DNA of 20,000 nucleotides from a bacterium (GTDB lineage Bacteria; JADJOY01): NCBI GenBank assembly GCA_046331705.1, contig JAXLQJ010000008.1, positions 115,836 to 135,835 of the forward strand, read 5' to 3'. Shown piece by piece: positions 8,722 to 18,217 of this stretch (position 1 is its first letter; each line of letters starts with the position of its first letter). The notes under the pieces were generated by a model. It saw only the letters and a program-made list of their open reading frames with translations, ran no database searches and was not told where the DNA came from. The position numbers and the translations under genes were made by a program.

Positions 8722-10329
8722 ATGCCCGCCGTGATCTCCGCCGCCCCGTTCTCGAACCAATCCGCGCGCTCGATCGGCGCGCGCGCGCGGCCGCGGCGCC
8801 CGGCGACGGCCATGCTCGCGCTCGCGGCGACGCTGCTGGCCGGCGGCGCGTCCGCGGAGGTGGCGCCACCGTTGGCCGTGGCGCCGGCGCAGGCGGCCCC
8901 CAGCGCCCCGCGCCTCATCGACGTGCAGGCGTCCACGCTGCCCAACGGGTTGCGGCTCTGGCTGCAGCCCACCCCGGGCAGCGGACTGGCGCACGTGCGT
9001 TTCGTGGTCCAGGCGGGCTCTGGCGTGGAACCCGAGAACGCCAACGGCGTCGCGCATTTCGTCGAGCACATGCTCTTCGACCGCGAGACCGATCCCATCA
9101 TCCACGGCCTCATCCAACGGCTCGAGGCGAACGGCGGCTACTACAACGCGTTCACCACCCTAGACATGACGTACGCCGTGGTGGACACGTTCGCCGCCGA
9201 TCTGGAACCGTCGCTCGAGCTGGTGACCCGCTCGCTCGACGCCGGCCCCTTCACCCCCGAGCAGATCGAGATCGAGCGCCAGATCGTCGGACGCGAGCTG
9301 AGCGAGAAGCAGGACGACGCGCTGCTGCTCGCCGTGCGCGGCCAGCTCTACGGTGACCAAGCGCTGGCGCGCCCCGAGGGCGGCACACCCGAATCCGTCG
9401 AGCGCATCAGCGCGCGTCAGCTGCGCTCGTTCTTCCAGGCGCACTATCGGCCGCCGGCGCTGGTGCTGATCGTGCTCGCCGATCGCAGCCCCGAGGAGAT
9501 GCGCGCGGCCATCGACAAGACGCTCGGGCGGTTGTCGTGGTCGGGGCGCGCGCCAGCACCGTACGCGCCGCCCGAGCGCAACCCCGGCCCCATCCAGGTC
9601 GACGACGTCGAGCACACCGGCGCGCTGCTGCACGGCGTGGTCGCCTCGGGTGCGCGCGACGCCGACTACTACCCGCTCTGGGTGCTGCAGGAGCTGCTCG
9701 AGATCCGCCTCTACGACCGCATCCGGGTGCACGGCGGCATGAGCTACGCGCCCTACGTCTACTTCACGCCCAACCGCCACGAGGGGCTGCTCTACCTCTA
9801 CGCCTCCGCCGACGACGCCGACTTCGCCGCCATCTCCGACGCGTTCGACAACGAGCTGAGCCGGGTGTCCACGGGCGAGATCGCGCAGGAGGAGATCCAG
9901 GAAGCGCGCCAGCGCGTCTCGAACCGTTTCCTGCGCGAGCATCAGGACGGCGAGGACCTGGCGAACCACCTGGCGTGGCTCGCGGGTGTGCTCGAGCCGA
10001 ACGAGCTTCCGCAAGATCCCATCGACGCGTTGCGACGGGTTTCGCGCAAGGAGCTGAAGCGCGTGGCCGATCGCTGGGGCGCCGAGGAATTCCGGATCGA
10101 CGCTCGCTTCGCGACCGACCCAGGGAGCGAGCCCAAGCCCAGCCTGTGGAGCCGGCTCGCGGGCTGGGCGCTTCCCGCGGGCTGCGTGCTGGTGCTGCTC
10201 TTCGAGATCCTCATCTTCGCGCGGGTCCGTACCGTGGCCCGCGCGCTCACGGCGTCCTCCCGCGCTGCCAGCGCGCCGGCGCCACGGTCCGCGAGCGACG
10301 CGCCGGGGTCGTCCTCGCTGGCGGCGTGA
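8722..10329 (+). CDS. M16 (pitrilysin/insulinase) family zinc peptidase with signal peptide and C-terminal membrane anchor
   Basis: TLPNGLRL, GVAHFVEHMLF (HXXEH), NAFTT, ERQIVGRE, and the C-half R/Y motif IRVHGGMSY. Signal-like MLALAATLLAGGASA. C-terminal hydrophobic WALPAGCVLVLLFEILIFA followed by RVR. Start is 8722 or 8812. Confidence 0.9.
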   Translation: MPAVISAAPFSNQSARSIGARARPRRPATAMLALAATLLAGGASAEVAPPLAVAPAQAAPSAPRLIDVQASTLPNGLRLWLQPTPGSGLAHVRFVVQAGSGVEPENANGVAHFVEHMLFDRETDPIIHGLIQRLEANGGYYNAFTTLDMTYAVVDTFAADLEPSLELVTRSLDAGPFTPEQIEIERQIVGRELSEKQDDALLLAVRGQLYGDQALARPEGGTPESVERISARQLRSFFQAHYRPPALVLIVLADRSPEEMRAAIDKTLGRLSWSGRAPAPYAPPERNPGPIQVDDVEHTGALLHGVVASGARDADYYPLWVLQELLEIRLYDRIRVHGGMSYAPYVYFTPNRHEGLLYLYASADDADFAAISDAFDNELSRVSTGEIAQEEIQEARQRVSNRFLREHQDGEDLANHLAWLAGVLEPNELPQDPIDALRRVSRKELKRVADRWGAEEFRIDARFATDPGSEPKPSLWSRLAGWALPAGCVLVLLFEILIFARVRTVARALTASSRAASAPAPRSASDAPGSSSLAA

Positions 10330-10390
10330 GCGCGCGCCACGCCGGACGCGAGCGGCACCGCCGGCGATCGCGCCCGGGCCCCCAGGTCGA

Positions 10391-10843
10391 ATGACCGCCC
10401 CGTCGCCCGTCATCGACGTCGTGGCGGCGCTGGTGTGGCGCGAGGGGCGGCTGCTGGTCACGCAACGACCCGCCGGATCCCATCTCGCGGGGCTGTGGGA
10501 GTTTCCGGGCGGCAAGATCGAGCGCGGCGAGACCGCCGAGGACGCGCTGGCGCGCGAGCTTCGCGAGGAGCTCGACCTGACCATCCGCATCGGACCGCTG
10601 CGCAGCGAGATCCTCCACGCCTACCCCGAGAAGACCGTGCGCCTGCTCTTCTTCGATTGCGCGTGGCTCGGCGGCGAAGCGCGCAACCTCGAGGTCGCCG
10701 ACCATCGCTGGATCGAGCGGGCCGAGCTCGCGACGCTCGCGTTCCCCGCAGCCGATCGCGAGCTCCTCGCCGACCTCGCCGCGAGCTTCGGGCCGCGCGG
10801 CCACGACACGCACGCTTTGACGCGCGGCGCGGCGCGTCCGTAA
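10391..10843 (+). CDS. mutT: MutT/NudG-like Nudix (d)NTP pyrophosphohydrolase
   Basis: Nudix box GLWEFPGGKIERGETAEDALARELREEL, plus HAYPEKTVRL and FPAAD, characteristic of 8-oxo-dGTPase-type enzymes. The symbol is tentative. Confidence 0.88.
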   Translation: MTAPSPVIDVVAALVWREGRLLVTQRPAGSHLAGLWEFPGGKIERGETAEDALARELREELDLTIRIGPLRSEILHAYPEKTVRLLFFDCAWLGGEARNLEVADHRWIERAELATLAFPAADRELLADLAASFGPRGHDTHALTRGAARP

Positions 10844-10888
10844 CATCCTCTTCACGTTGCCGTCACACGGCGACGCGGGAGAGGACGA

Positions 10889-12232
10889 ATGAGCGATCGA
10901 CTTCGCGTCGCGGTGCGCGTGCTGGCGTTTCCCCTCGCATGGCTCGCGCTGGCGCCCGTTACCGCACGAGCCGATCACCGGCTCTCGACGGGGCTCACCG
11001 ATCGCGAGCTGGCGACCCACTACGCACCGGTGATCTACCAGGACGTCGCCGACGGCCTCGACAACGATCCAGCGAATTTCCGGCGCGACTTCCTCACCAA
11101 CGTCGACTTCGACGGCAACTGGGACTCCCACGACAACGAGGAGAACCTGAAGTCCCGGGCGTTCCCGCTGCGTGCGTACGTCTACTTCGACGTGATCGAG
11201 ACCGCGACCCATTATTGGATCGAGTATTCGTATTTCCATCCCGAGGACTGGAACTCGTTCGGTGGCACCGACCACGAGAACGACATGGAGAACGAGCGGG
11301 TCGTGGTGGAGAAGGATGGTTCCGCGTACGGTCGTTTTCTCGTCACCGACCTCAACGCCCACGGCTATCTGAACGCGTACACGGATCGTACCGACATCAC
11401 GCGCGGCACTCCTTTCCCCGCGAACCAATACCGTTCCTACGGAGTCCAGTTCGAGAACGACGCCGGCAGCTTCTCGGAAACGTTCTCGGAATCGTTCTCC
11501 CACCTGCGCGTCTATCTCGAGCCCCAAGGACACGGCCCGGCGAGCTGCGCCGAGCAGCAACGCCCTGTCGGCTTCCTGAACAGCATCGAGTGCAACGCGG
11601 CGGGCGGCACGGACAAGGTGATCTATCGCGTCGCCGCCAACGGCAACCCGGCGCTCGCCCAGGAGCCCGACTACGCGATCATCGAGAGCGGCGTTCCCGC
11701 CCAGGTCGTGAGCTACGGGCTGCTCTCCGGTCACGAGGCGCTGTGGCCGCTGCGCCAGGCCATCGAAGGCGACGCAGGACAGCCGCGACTCTGGGACTCG
11801 GCGTTCGCTTACGCGCCGGGACGCAACGCCGACACCGACGGCGCCAACGATTTCACGCTCGCTTCCGCCGCCCAGCTCCGCCTCGGCGGCGAGTTCGCCG
11901 GCGACGAAGGTGGAGGCGGCGGGCTGCCACCGTGGGGGTTCGCGAGCGTGCCCGGCGTGCCCGCCGCCGGTGACTGGCTCTTCGATCCGGCCTACGCGAC
12001 CGCCGTGCTCTACAACTTCGGCGCCGAGCACGCGACCGGGTACTGCAACTACCTCTTCAATCCGTACCTGACCGATCTGCTGGCGACCGACGCGCCCACC
12101 AGCTGCGGAACCGTGGACGAGGGCTCGGGCGGCGGCTGCGACGTGGGCGGGTCGTCGAGTCCGGTGGGAAGCGCGCTAGCCGTGTGCGTCGGCGCGCTCG
12201 GGCACTGGGCGCGGCGGCGCCGCACGACGTGA
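10889..12232 (+). CDS. Secreted uncharacterised protein with an NPP1/Vps62-like motif set and a MYXO-CTERM-like sorting signal
   Basis: GAGAGG RBS. Signal peptide ending VTARA. HYAPVIYQ, YSYFHPEDW...DHENDME...NAHG. C-terminus GSGGGCDVG-linker-hydrophobic-RRRR. Confidence 0.8.
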   Translation: MSDRLRVAVRVLAFPLAWLALAPVTARADHRLSTGLTDRELATHYAPVIYQDVADGLDNDPANFRRDFLTNVDFDGNWDSHDNEENLKSRAFPLRAYVYFDVIETATHYWIEYSYFHPEDWNSFGGTDHENDMENERVVVEKDGSAYGRFLVTDLNAHGYLNAYTDRTDITRGTPFPANQYRSYGVQFENDAGSFSETFSESFSHLRVYLEPQGHGPASCAEQQRPVGFLNSIECNAAGGTDKVIYRVAANGNPALAQEPDYAIIESGVPAQVVSYGLLSGHEALWPLRQAIEGDAGQPRLWDSAFAYAPGRNADTDGANDFTLASAAQLRLGGEFAGDEGGGGGLPPWGFASVPGVPAAGDWLFDPAYATAVLYNFGAEHATGYCNYLFNPYLTDLLATDAPTSCGTVDEGSGGGCDVGGSSSPVGSALAVCVGALGHWARRRRTT

Positions 12233-12257
12233 TTCGAGGTACGACGCGCGCATTCGC

Positions 12258-12960
12258 GCTACGAGCGCGGCGCGGGCGACGAGCCAGGCCGACACGGCAT
12301 GCGGGCGCTCGCCTGACACGCGCGCTGCCAGTCGCGAATGCTGGCCAGCGCCTCGGCACGCATCTGCTGGACCTCCGACACGAGGAGCGCAAGCGTGCCA
12401 GCAGGACCGCAGATCCCCTCGAGCACCGAGGCGTCCACGAACGTGAGCGGCTCCGCTGGCCGCCCACCGCCGGCGACACGCCGCGCCGAAGCTCCTCGCG
12501 TAGACCGGCGATCTCGACCACCACGCCGTGGACCGCCCGTGCGCGGCGCGGCGCAGCGGCCGCACAGCAGGCTTCTGCGCGGCGGCGGCGCGACCAGCGG
12601 CTCGTCGAGGATCAGCTCAGGAACGGGATGCCGACGTTCTCGTCGCTACCCCGGCGCAAGCCCACACCGTGCTCACGTCGAGCTCCGGGGTGATCGATGC
12701 CGGCGACGTCCGCTCGCCGCGCAGGACCTCGACGGGCCGCTGCCGTCGAGGGCACGACTGCGAGCCGTGATCAGAAGCCGGCGCAGGTAACGGAACAGGG
12801 CCATGTCGATCGCCAGTAGCGAACGCGCCAGCGCATCGCACGACGTCGCATGCACGATGTGGTCGAGCGCGCCCGCGAGGATGCGCTCGCCGAGCGCCGA
12901 ACCCGCGCGGCGAGGCCGCGTCCCGCGGCTGCGCGCCGCGATCGGAAACGCTTTCACCGG
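12258..12960 (-). CDS. Hypothetical protein, frameshifted, approximate limits
   Basis: Protein-like segments in alternating frames: GERILAGALDHIVHATSCDALARSLLAIDMALFRYLRRLL, VVEIAGLREELRRG, and PLTFVDASVLEGICGPAGTLALLVSEVQQMRAEALASIRDWQ. No family recognised. Confidence 0.4.
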
Positions 12961-13209
12961 CGACCCGGTCCCATGCCACGCGCCGCACGATGGCATCCGC
13001 GCCGGCGCCGCGCGCCAACCAGATGCGGTAGCCGTGCGGATCGTGATGAGGACACGGCGCGCAACGGGCACCGAGGTGGCCGTCGTGGTCCGTTCGGGTG
13101 GGACGAACTCCCGTGCCCGCCTGGTCCGCGCATGCGCTGCGCGCCCCCACACTCGCACGGGAAGAGCGGAAGCAGGCGAGGTCCCATCGGGCGGTCACCG
13201 CTCACGGTG

Positions 13210-13734
13210 TCATCCGCACGTCGCGTGTAGGCGGCTCGACAGCGTGTCCACGCCCGCCGAGCACCGCTTCGATGCAGCCGAAGATCGCCGAGGCCCATGG
13301 GCTTCGTGAGAAACGCGCTGCCTCCGGCTGCCGCACCTCGTGGGGTGCTGCCGATCCGTCGACGCCTTGGGCGGCCGACATGGCGACAACCACAGGCGGG
13401 CGCGCGGGGACTCGGCTCGAATCTCGCGCATCAGGGTCAGCGTGCTTCCCCGCAGCTCGAGGTCCACCAGGACCACGTCGAAGCGATGTTCGCGGCAGGC
13501 CCGGAGCACATCCACGCCGTCGCTCGCCTCGTGGACCTCGAAGCTGATCCTGCGCAGCACCGCCCAACATCGTCGGACGCTCGGATCGCCGTCGACGACC
13601 AGCACGCGTCGCGATTCGCGAGTCAGATGGCCGCTCCAACGGGGTTCGCATGGGCTCGGATCTCGACCACGGCGACTGGCTCGTCCTCCGCCGCGAGCGA
13701 GGAGTTCGTCGCGGCGTGAACTTTCATCCGGCAT
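13210..13734 (-). CDS. Stand-alone response regulator receiver domain protein, frameshifted
   Basis: RRVLVVDGDPSVRR...FEVHEASDGVDVL...FDVVLVDLEL (phosphoacceptor Asp), with FLTKPMG in another frame near 13290-13310. Confidence 0.75.
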   Translation of the reverse strand: MPDESSRRDELLARGGGRASRRGRDPSPCEPRWSGHLTRESRRVLVVDGDPSVRRCWAVLRRISFEVHEASDGVDVLRACREHRFDVVLVDLELRGSTLTLMREIRAESPRARLWLSPCRPPKASTDRQHPTRCGSRRQRVSHEAHGPRRSSAASKRCSAGVDTLSSRLHATCG

Positions 13735-13862
13735 CCGCCGACGAGCGATCGGGCGCTGCCCCGATCTCGTGTCGAGCGGACCTGACACGACGAGCGCTGC
13801 GCGGTTGCGTGGCCTATACTCGGGCGCGACCGCCTGCCCGACCGCTCGCGGCGCACGCGCTC

Positions 13863-16083
13863 ATGGCACCCAAGGCGACCTCGCGCACCACGCGCGCATC
13901 GAAACCGCGGCGGCGGCCAGCCCCCACGCGGAACCCGACGAGCGTCCTCCGGACCAAGCCGCGGGGCGAGGGGGACGCACGCTTCCAGGCGATCTACGAG
14001 AACGCAGCCACCGCCATCGGGATCACGGACCTGAGCCGCGGAACGTTCGAGCACTGCAATCCCCGCCTTCTGCGCGATGATCAAGGTACTCCAGGGCGGC
14101 TGGGGCGACTCCGTTCCGGTCGCTGATCACCCCGACGATCGTGCGGCCAACCTGGTCGAGGAGTGCTGAAGCTGCTGGACGGCGAGATCCGCTTCCTTCG
14201 TGATCGAGAATCGCTGCGTCACCGAGACGGGCGCCCCATCTGGGTCCGAAGATTCGTCTCACGCTCCCCGACTCCACGCGGGGCAGCTGCCCTGCCACCT
14301 CCTGGCCCTCGCCACGGACATCCTCGGAGCGCCGCCAGACCGAGGACAGCGCTGCGTGCCGGCGAGGCGCGGCTGCGATTCGCGCTGCGCGCCGCTGGCG
14401 GCAGCGCCAGGATTGGGATCTCACCCGGGACGATGCGTGGTGGTCGGACGAGATGTTCGAGCTGTGGGGAATCGCGCCGCGTGCGCGTCGACGGCGGCCG
14501 CATCGAGTCCATCGTGCCCAGGACCAGGACGCTTCCCGGGCGCGTGCATCGCGGACGCCCTCGCGCGTCGAAGCGACCTGCACTGCGAGTTCCGCGTCCG
14601 TCATCCCACGCTCGGCGAGCGCTGGATGGCGACGTTCGGCCGCCCGGTGGCGGACGCCGGGCGGCGAGCCGGCGCGGATGCTCGGCATCAGGTGGACGTA
14701 CACGCACGCAAGCACGCCGAGGCCGAGGCGCGCGAAGGTGAGCGGCGGCTCCAGGCCTTCCTCGAGAACAGCGCGGTGGTCGCCTGGGATGAAGGACGAG
14801 ACGAGGCGCTGCGTGTTCCTGAACCATGCTCAGGAACGTCTCGGCGGCTACGCCGGACTGGGTCGAAGAAGACCGACCTGGACCTCTTCCACCCGAGATC
14901 TGCTCCAGGCCGTTCCGACGGCACGACCAGGCGGTGATCGAAGCTCAGCAGGCGATCGAGGTCGTGGAGGAATCCTGCACACCGATCGGCGGGATCCGCC
15001 ACGGTAAGCTGGCCAACAAATTCCCGTTTCACGCGGAAGACGGCACGCGCTTCGTCGGCGGATTGGCGGTCGACATCAGTGAGCGCGTGCGCGCCGAGCA
15101 AGGCCTGCGCGATCGCGAGAACCAGTTGCGCGCGTTCCTCGATGCGGCCACCGACGCGATCGTCGCCGTCGAGCCCGACAGCGCCATCGACTCCGTCAAC
15201 CCGGCGACCGAGCGCTTGTTCGGCTACTGGCGCCGCCGAGTTGCTGGGACAGGATCTGTCGCCCTCTTGGCCGAGCGTTTCCCGCGGGGCGGCGCCGCGG
15301 CACCAGCCCGCCGCGCGGCGGCGCGCACCGAGATCGTGGAGCAGGCGCAAGGATGAGGTCGCCGGTGCCGATCGCGCTCACCACGGCATCGATGCGCGAG
15401 CACCACACGTTCGTCGCCAATCTGCACGATCTCAGTCGCCGCCGGGCGCAGATCGAGGTCCTCGAGATCTCGGCGCTCGAGCAGGGACGAATCGGACAGG
15501 GCTCCACGACGAGCTCGGCCAAGAGCTCACGGGTATCGGATTGCTCTCGAGCGCGCTCGCCAAGCGCCTCGCCGGGCGCCGGAGGGCGAGCTCGCCGCCA
15601 AGCTCGTCGCGAGCCTGGGTCGGGCGCGCAAGACGGTGCGCCCTCGCCCACGGCCTGGTGCCGATGCGCGTCGAGCCGCAGACCCTCGGCGACGCGCGCT
15701 CGCCAGCCTGGTGGATCGGGTGCGCGACCAGAGCGGCGTCGACTGCACGTTCGAGGGTGCACCGGCCGCGATCGTGGTGGATGGGATCGCGGCGACTCAC
15801 CTCTTCAACATCGCCCGCGAGGCCCTTCACAACGCGATCCGTCACGCGGACGCGAAGCACGTTCGGGTGACGCTCTGGCACGAGGACTTGGCGCCGTGAC
15901 GCTGATCGTCGCGGACGATGGGCGCGGGCTGCCGCCGGATGCCGGTGAAGGCGCGGGCGGGCTCGGGCTGCGGCTGATGCGCAATCGTGCCGGGCTGATC
16001 GGGCGCGGCTCACGCTCCAGTCCGAGCGCGGCAAGGGCACGCGCGTCGCGTGCACGCTCGCCACGGCGGCCAGCGGTGGCTGA
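13863..16083 (+). CDS. Multi-PAS sensor histidine kinase (HisKA_3, NarX/UhpB type), many frameshifts
   Basis: PAS starts RFQAIYENAATAIGITD, EARLRFAL..WWSDEMFELWG, RLQAFLENSAVVAW and QLRAFLDAATDAIV. H-box LHDELGQELTG, N-box REALHNAIRHADAK, G-boxes DDGRGL and GLGLRLM. Ends QSERGKGTRVACTLATAASGG* at 16083. Confidence 0.88.
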
Positions 16084-16741
16084 GCCGGGAAGGCGCGCCG
16101 CGCGCAGCCGACGCGCCGACAGCCCGCCAGTGGTCGACGACCATCCCGTGGTGCGTGACGACAGCGGCCAGATGCGGCGCCGAACCAGACTTGGTAGTCT
16201 CGAGCGCACCGGTGATCCCGCCGAGGCGCTCACGCTGATCGCTTCCCAGCAGCCGGACCTGGCCGTCGTCGACATCAGCCTCGCCAAGCGCAGCGGCGGA
16301 TCTCATTCGACAGATCCGCGCGCAGGGCCACACCGTCAAGATCCTGGTGTGGTCGATGCACCCCGGGTCGCTCGCGGAGCGCGCGCTGCGCGCGCAGAGC
16401 TACATCGAGAAGAGCTGCGGTCCCGAGGTGCTCGGCGCCATCCGCTCCCGTGCTCGCCGGCAAGGTCTACGCGGCTCCGCCATCACCGAACAGGTGCTCA
16501 AGCGCCTGGGAAGCGGGCCTCGTCGGGACGAGCGATCCGGGGTCGAGACCCTCTCCGATCCGCGAGCTTCACGCCTTCGAGCTGATGGGGGCCGGGCTCT
16601 CGACCGTCGAGATCGCGCCAGGCCTGTGCCTCAGCGTGAAGACCGTCGAGACCTACCGGGCGCGCATCAAGGGCAAGCTCGGCCTCGCGACCTTCCCCGA
16701 GGTGATCCAGCACGCCGGCCTGGTTGCTCGAGCAACGCTGA
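16076..16741 (+). CDS. NarL/FixJ (LuxR-HTH) family response regulator, frameshifted
   Basis: GTG overlaps the kinase end. VVDDHPVVR, PDLAVVDISL, KILVWSMH, and HTH RELHAFELMGAGLSTVEIA..LSVKTVETYRARIKGKLGL. Confidence 0.88.
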
Positions 16742-16770
16742 AGCGTCGCTCGCCGCCACCACGACCGGTC

Positions 16771-18217
16771 TCACGCCGGCAACGGCAGCGGCGCGGCGGC
16801 GCGAGCAGCATCGGCACCGTGAGCGACCTCGCGCAGCGTCGCGGTCGCCTCGCGCGGCCACGCACCGAGCGCAGCCAGCGCTGCCGCATACGCCGCGACG
16901 CCAGCGCCGGCGCGGATCAGCACGGGTCCGGGCACATGCACCGCGACGAGCGCTCACGGCGCTCGCCACGAGCACGCCGGGCCGTAGCACCCGCCACGGA
17001 CCCTCGAGGCCGAGCTCGCGACCGGCGATCCGCGAATACGCGACCAGCAGCCCCGCTGCTTGCGTGGCGGAAAGCATCTGAGCGGCGCCCGCGTTCCAAA
17101 CCACGGATCGACCATCAGATTGAGCAGGATGTTGCCAGCGGCGAGCGCCGCGGCGATGCGCGAGAGCTCGACCGTGCGGCCCAGCGCCAGGCGGCGCTCG
17201 CACGTACGACACGAAGATCACCGCCCCCACCACCATCCAGATGGCGGCGAAGGACGCGCCGCGGCCGCGCCAATCCGCGGGATAGAGCAGCGCCACGCCG
17301 GCATCAGCCAGCACCCGCGCCGCCCTGCCGCCAGCGGCACGGCGAGCGTCACCAGCACCACCAGCGTCTCGCGGTAGATGCGCTGCGCGCGCTCGCGGTC
17401 GCGGCCCGCGATGGCGGAGAAACGCGGCACTCGCGAGCGCCGCCAGCAGCACGCGAACGCAAGCGGGACTCGCGAGACGGCCTCGTACACGCCGACCTCG
17501 GCGCGCCCGGCAGATCTCCACAGCACCACCCGATCGCCCACCAGGTAGATCATCGAGGCGAGCGCCGAGCTCGGCAGCCACGCCTGGCGCGCCAGCAGCA
17601 GCGCGAGACGCGCGTCGAAGCGCGGCACCACGCGCCAGCGCGCCCGATGGACGCCGACAGTGAATCCGCCTGCACCACCTCGGCGACACCATGAACCAAG
17701 CCCGCGCAACGGCCCCGTGGGCGAGCCACAGAGCGCGCCACCGAGCGCCAGCGTGGTCGAGCGCCCGAGATCGAGCAGCCCCCTTCCACACGAATTGCTC
17801 GTGCGCCGCGAACACCGCGCTCAACGTGCGTCGAAGCTGCCGAGCCACCAACCGCCGACCACCAGCCACACCGCCCGTCGCGACGCCAGGTCGGAACGAG
17901 CGCCGAGAGCACGGCCACGGCGACGAAGACTGACGCTGCCGTAAGAGCGCCTTGGCGACCAGCGCGGCGCCGAAGCGACGCGCCTCGCGACCATCGACGC
18001 GGGTAGTGCCCGGACCTGTTCATCGGATCGAGGCCACCGTCGCCGGGCTCGAAGCACATCGCGCCCACGGAGAGCGCGAGGCGAAGATCGCCGACGTCGG
18101 CGCGCGAGAGCACGTGGGTGAAGCAGAACCCGACGAATTGAAGGAAGCGCGCGGACACACCGCCCGCGAGCAGCAGCGCGGCGTTGGTGGCGACCCCCAG
18201 GCCGCGGCCGCGCTCAT
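16771..18217 (-). CDS. Wzx/MOP-family oligosaccharide flippase, frameshifted
   Basis: [62 protein letters not shown], and [22 protein letters not shown]. Its ATG overlaps the upstream GT stop (ATGA). Confidence 0.75.

Noticed and set aside
6000..9356. 1118-aa plus-strand ORF
   Set aside because: Antisense to the HEAT gene and nadE and out of frame with the peptidase. Low-complexity with no domain signal.
9160..12031. 476- and 594-aa minus-strand ORFs
   Set aside because: Shadows of the peptidase, Nudix and secreted-protein genes, which carry the recognisable motifs.
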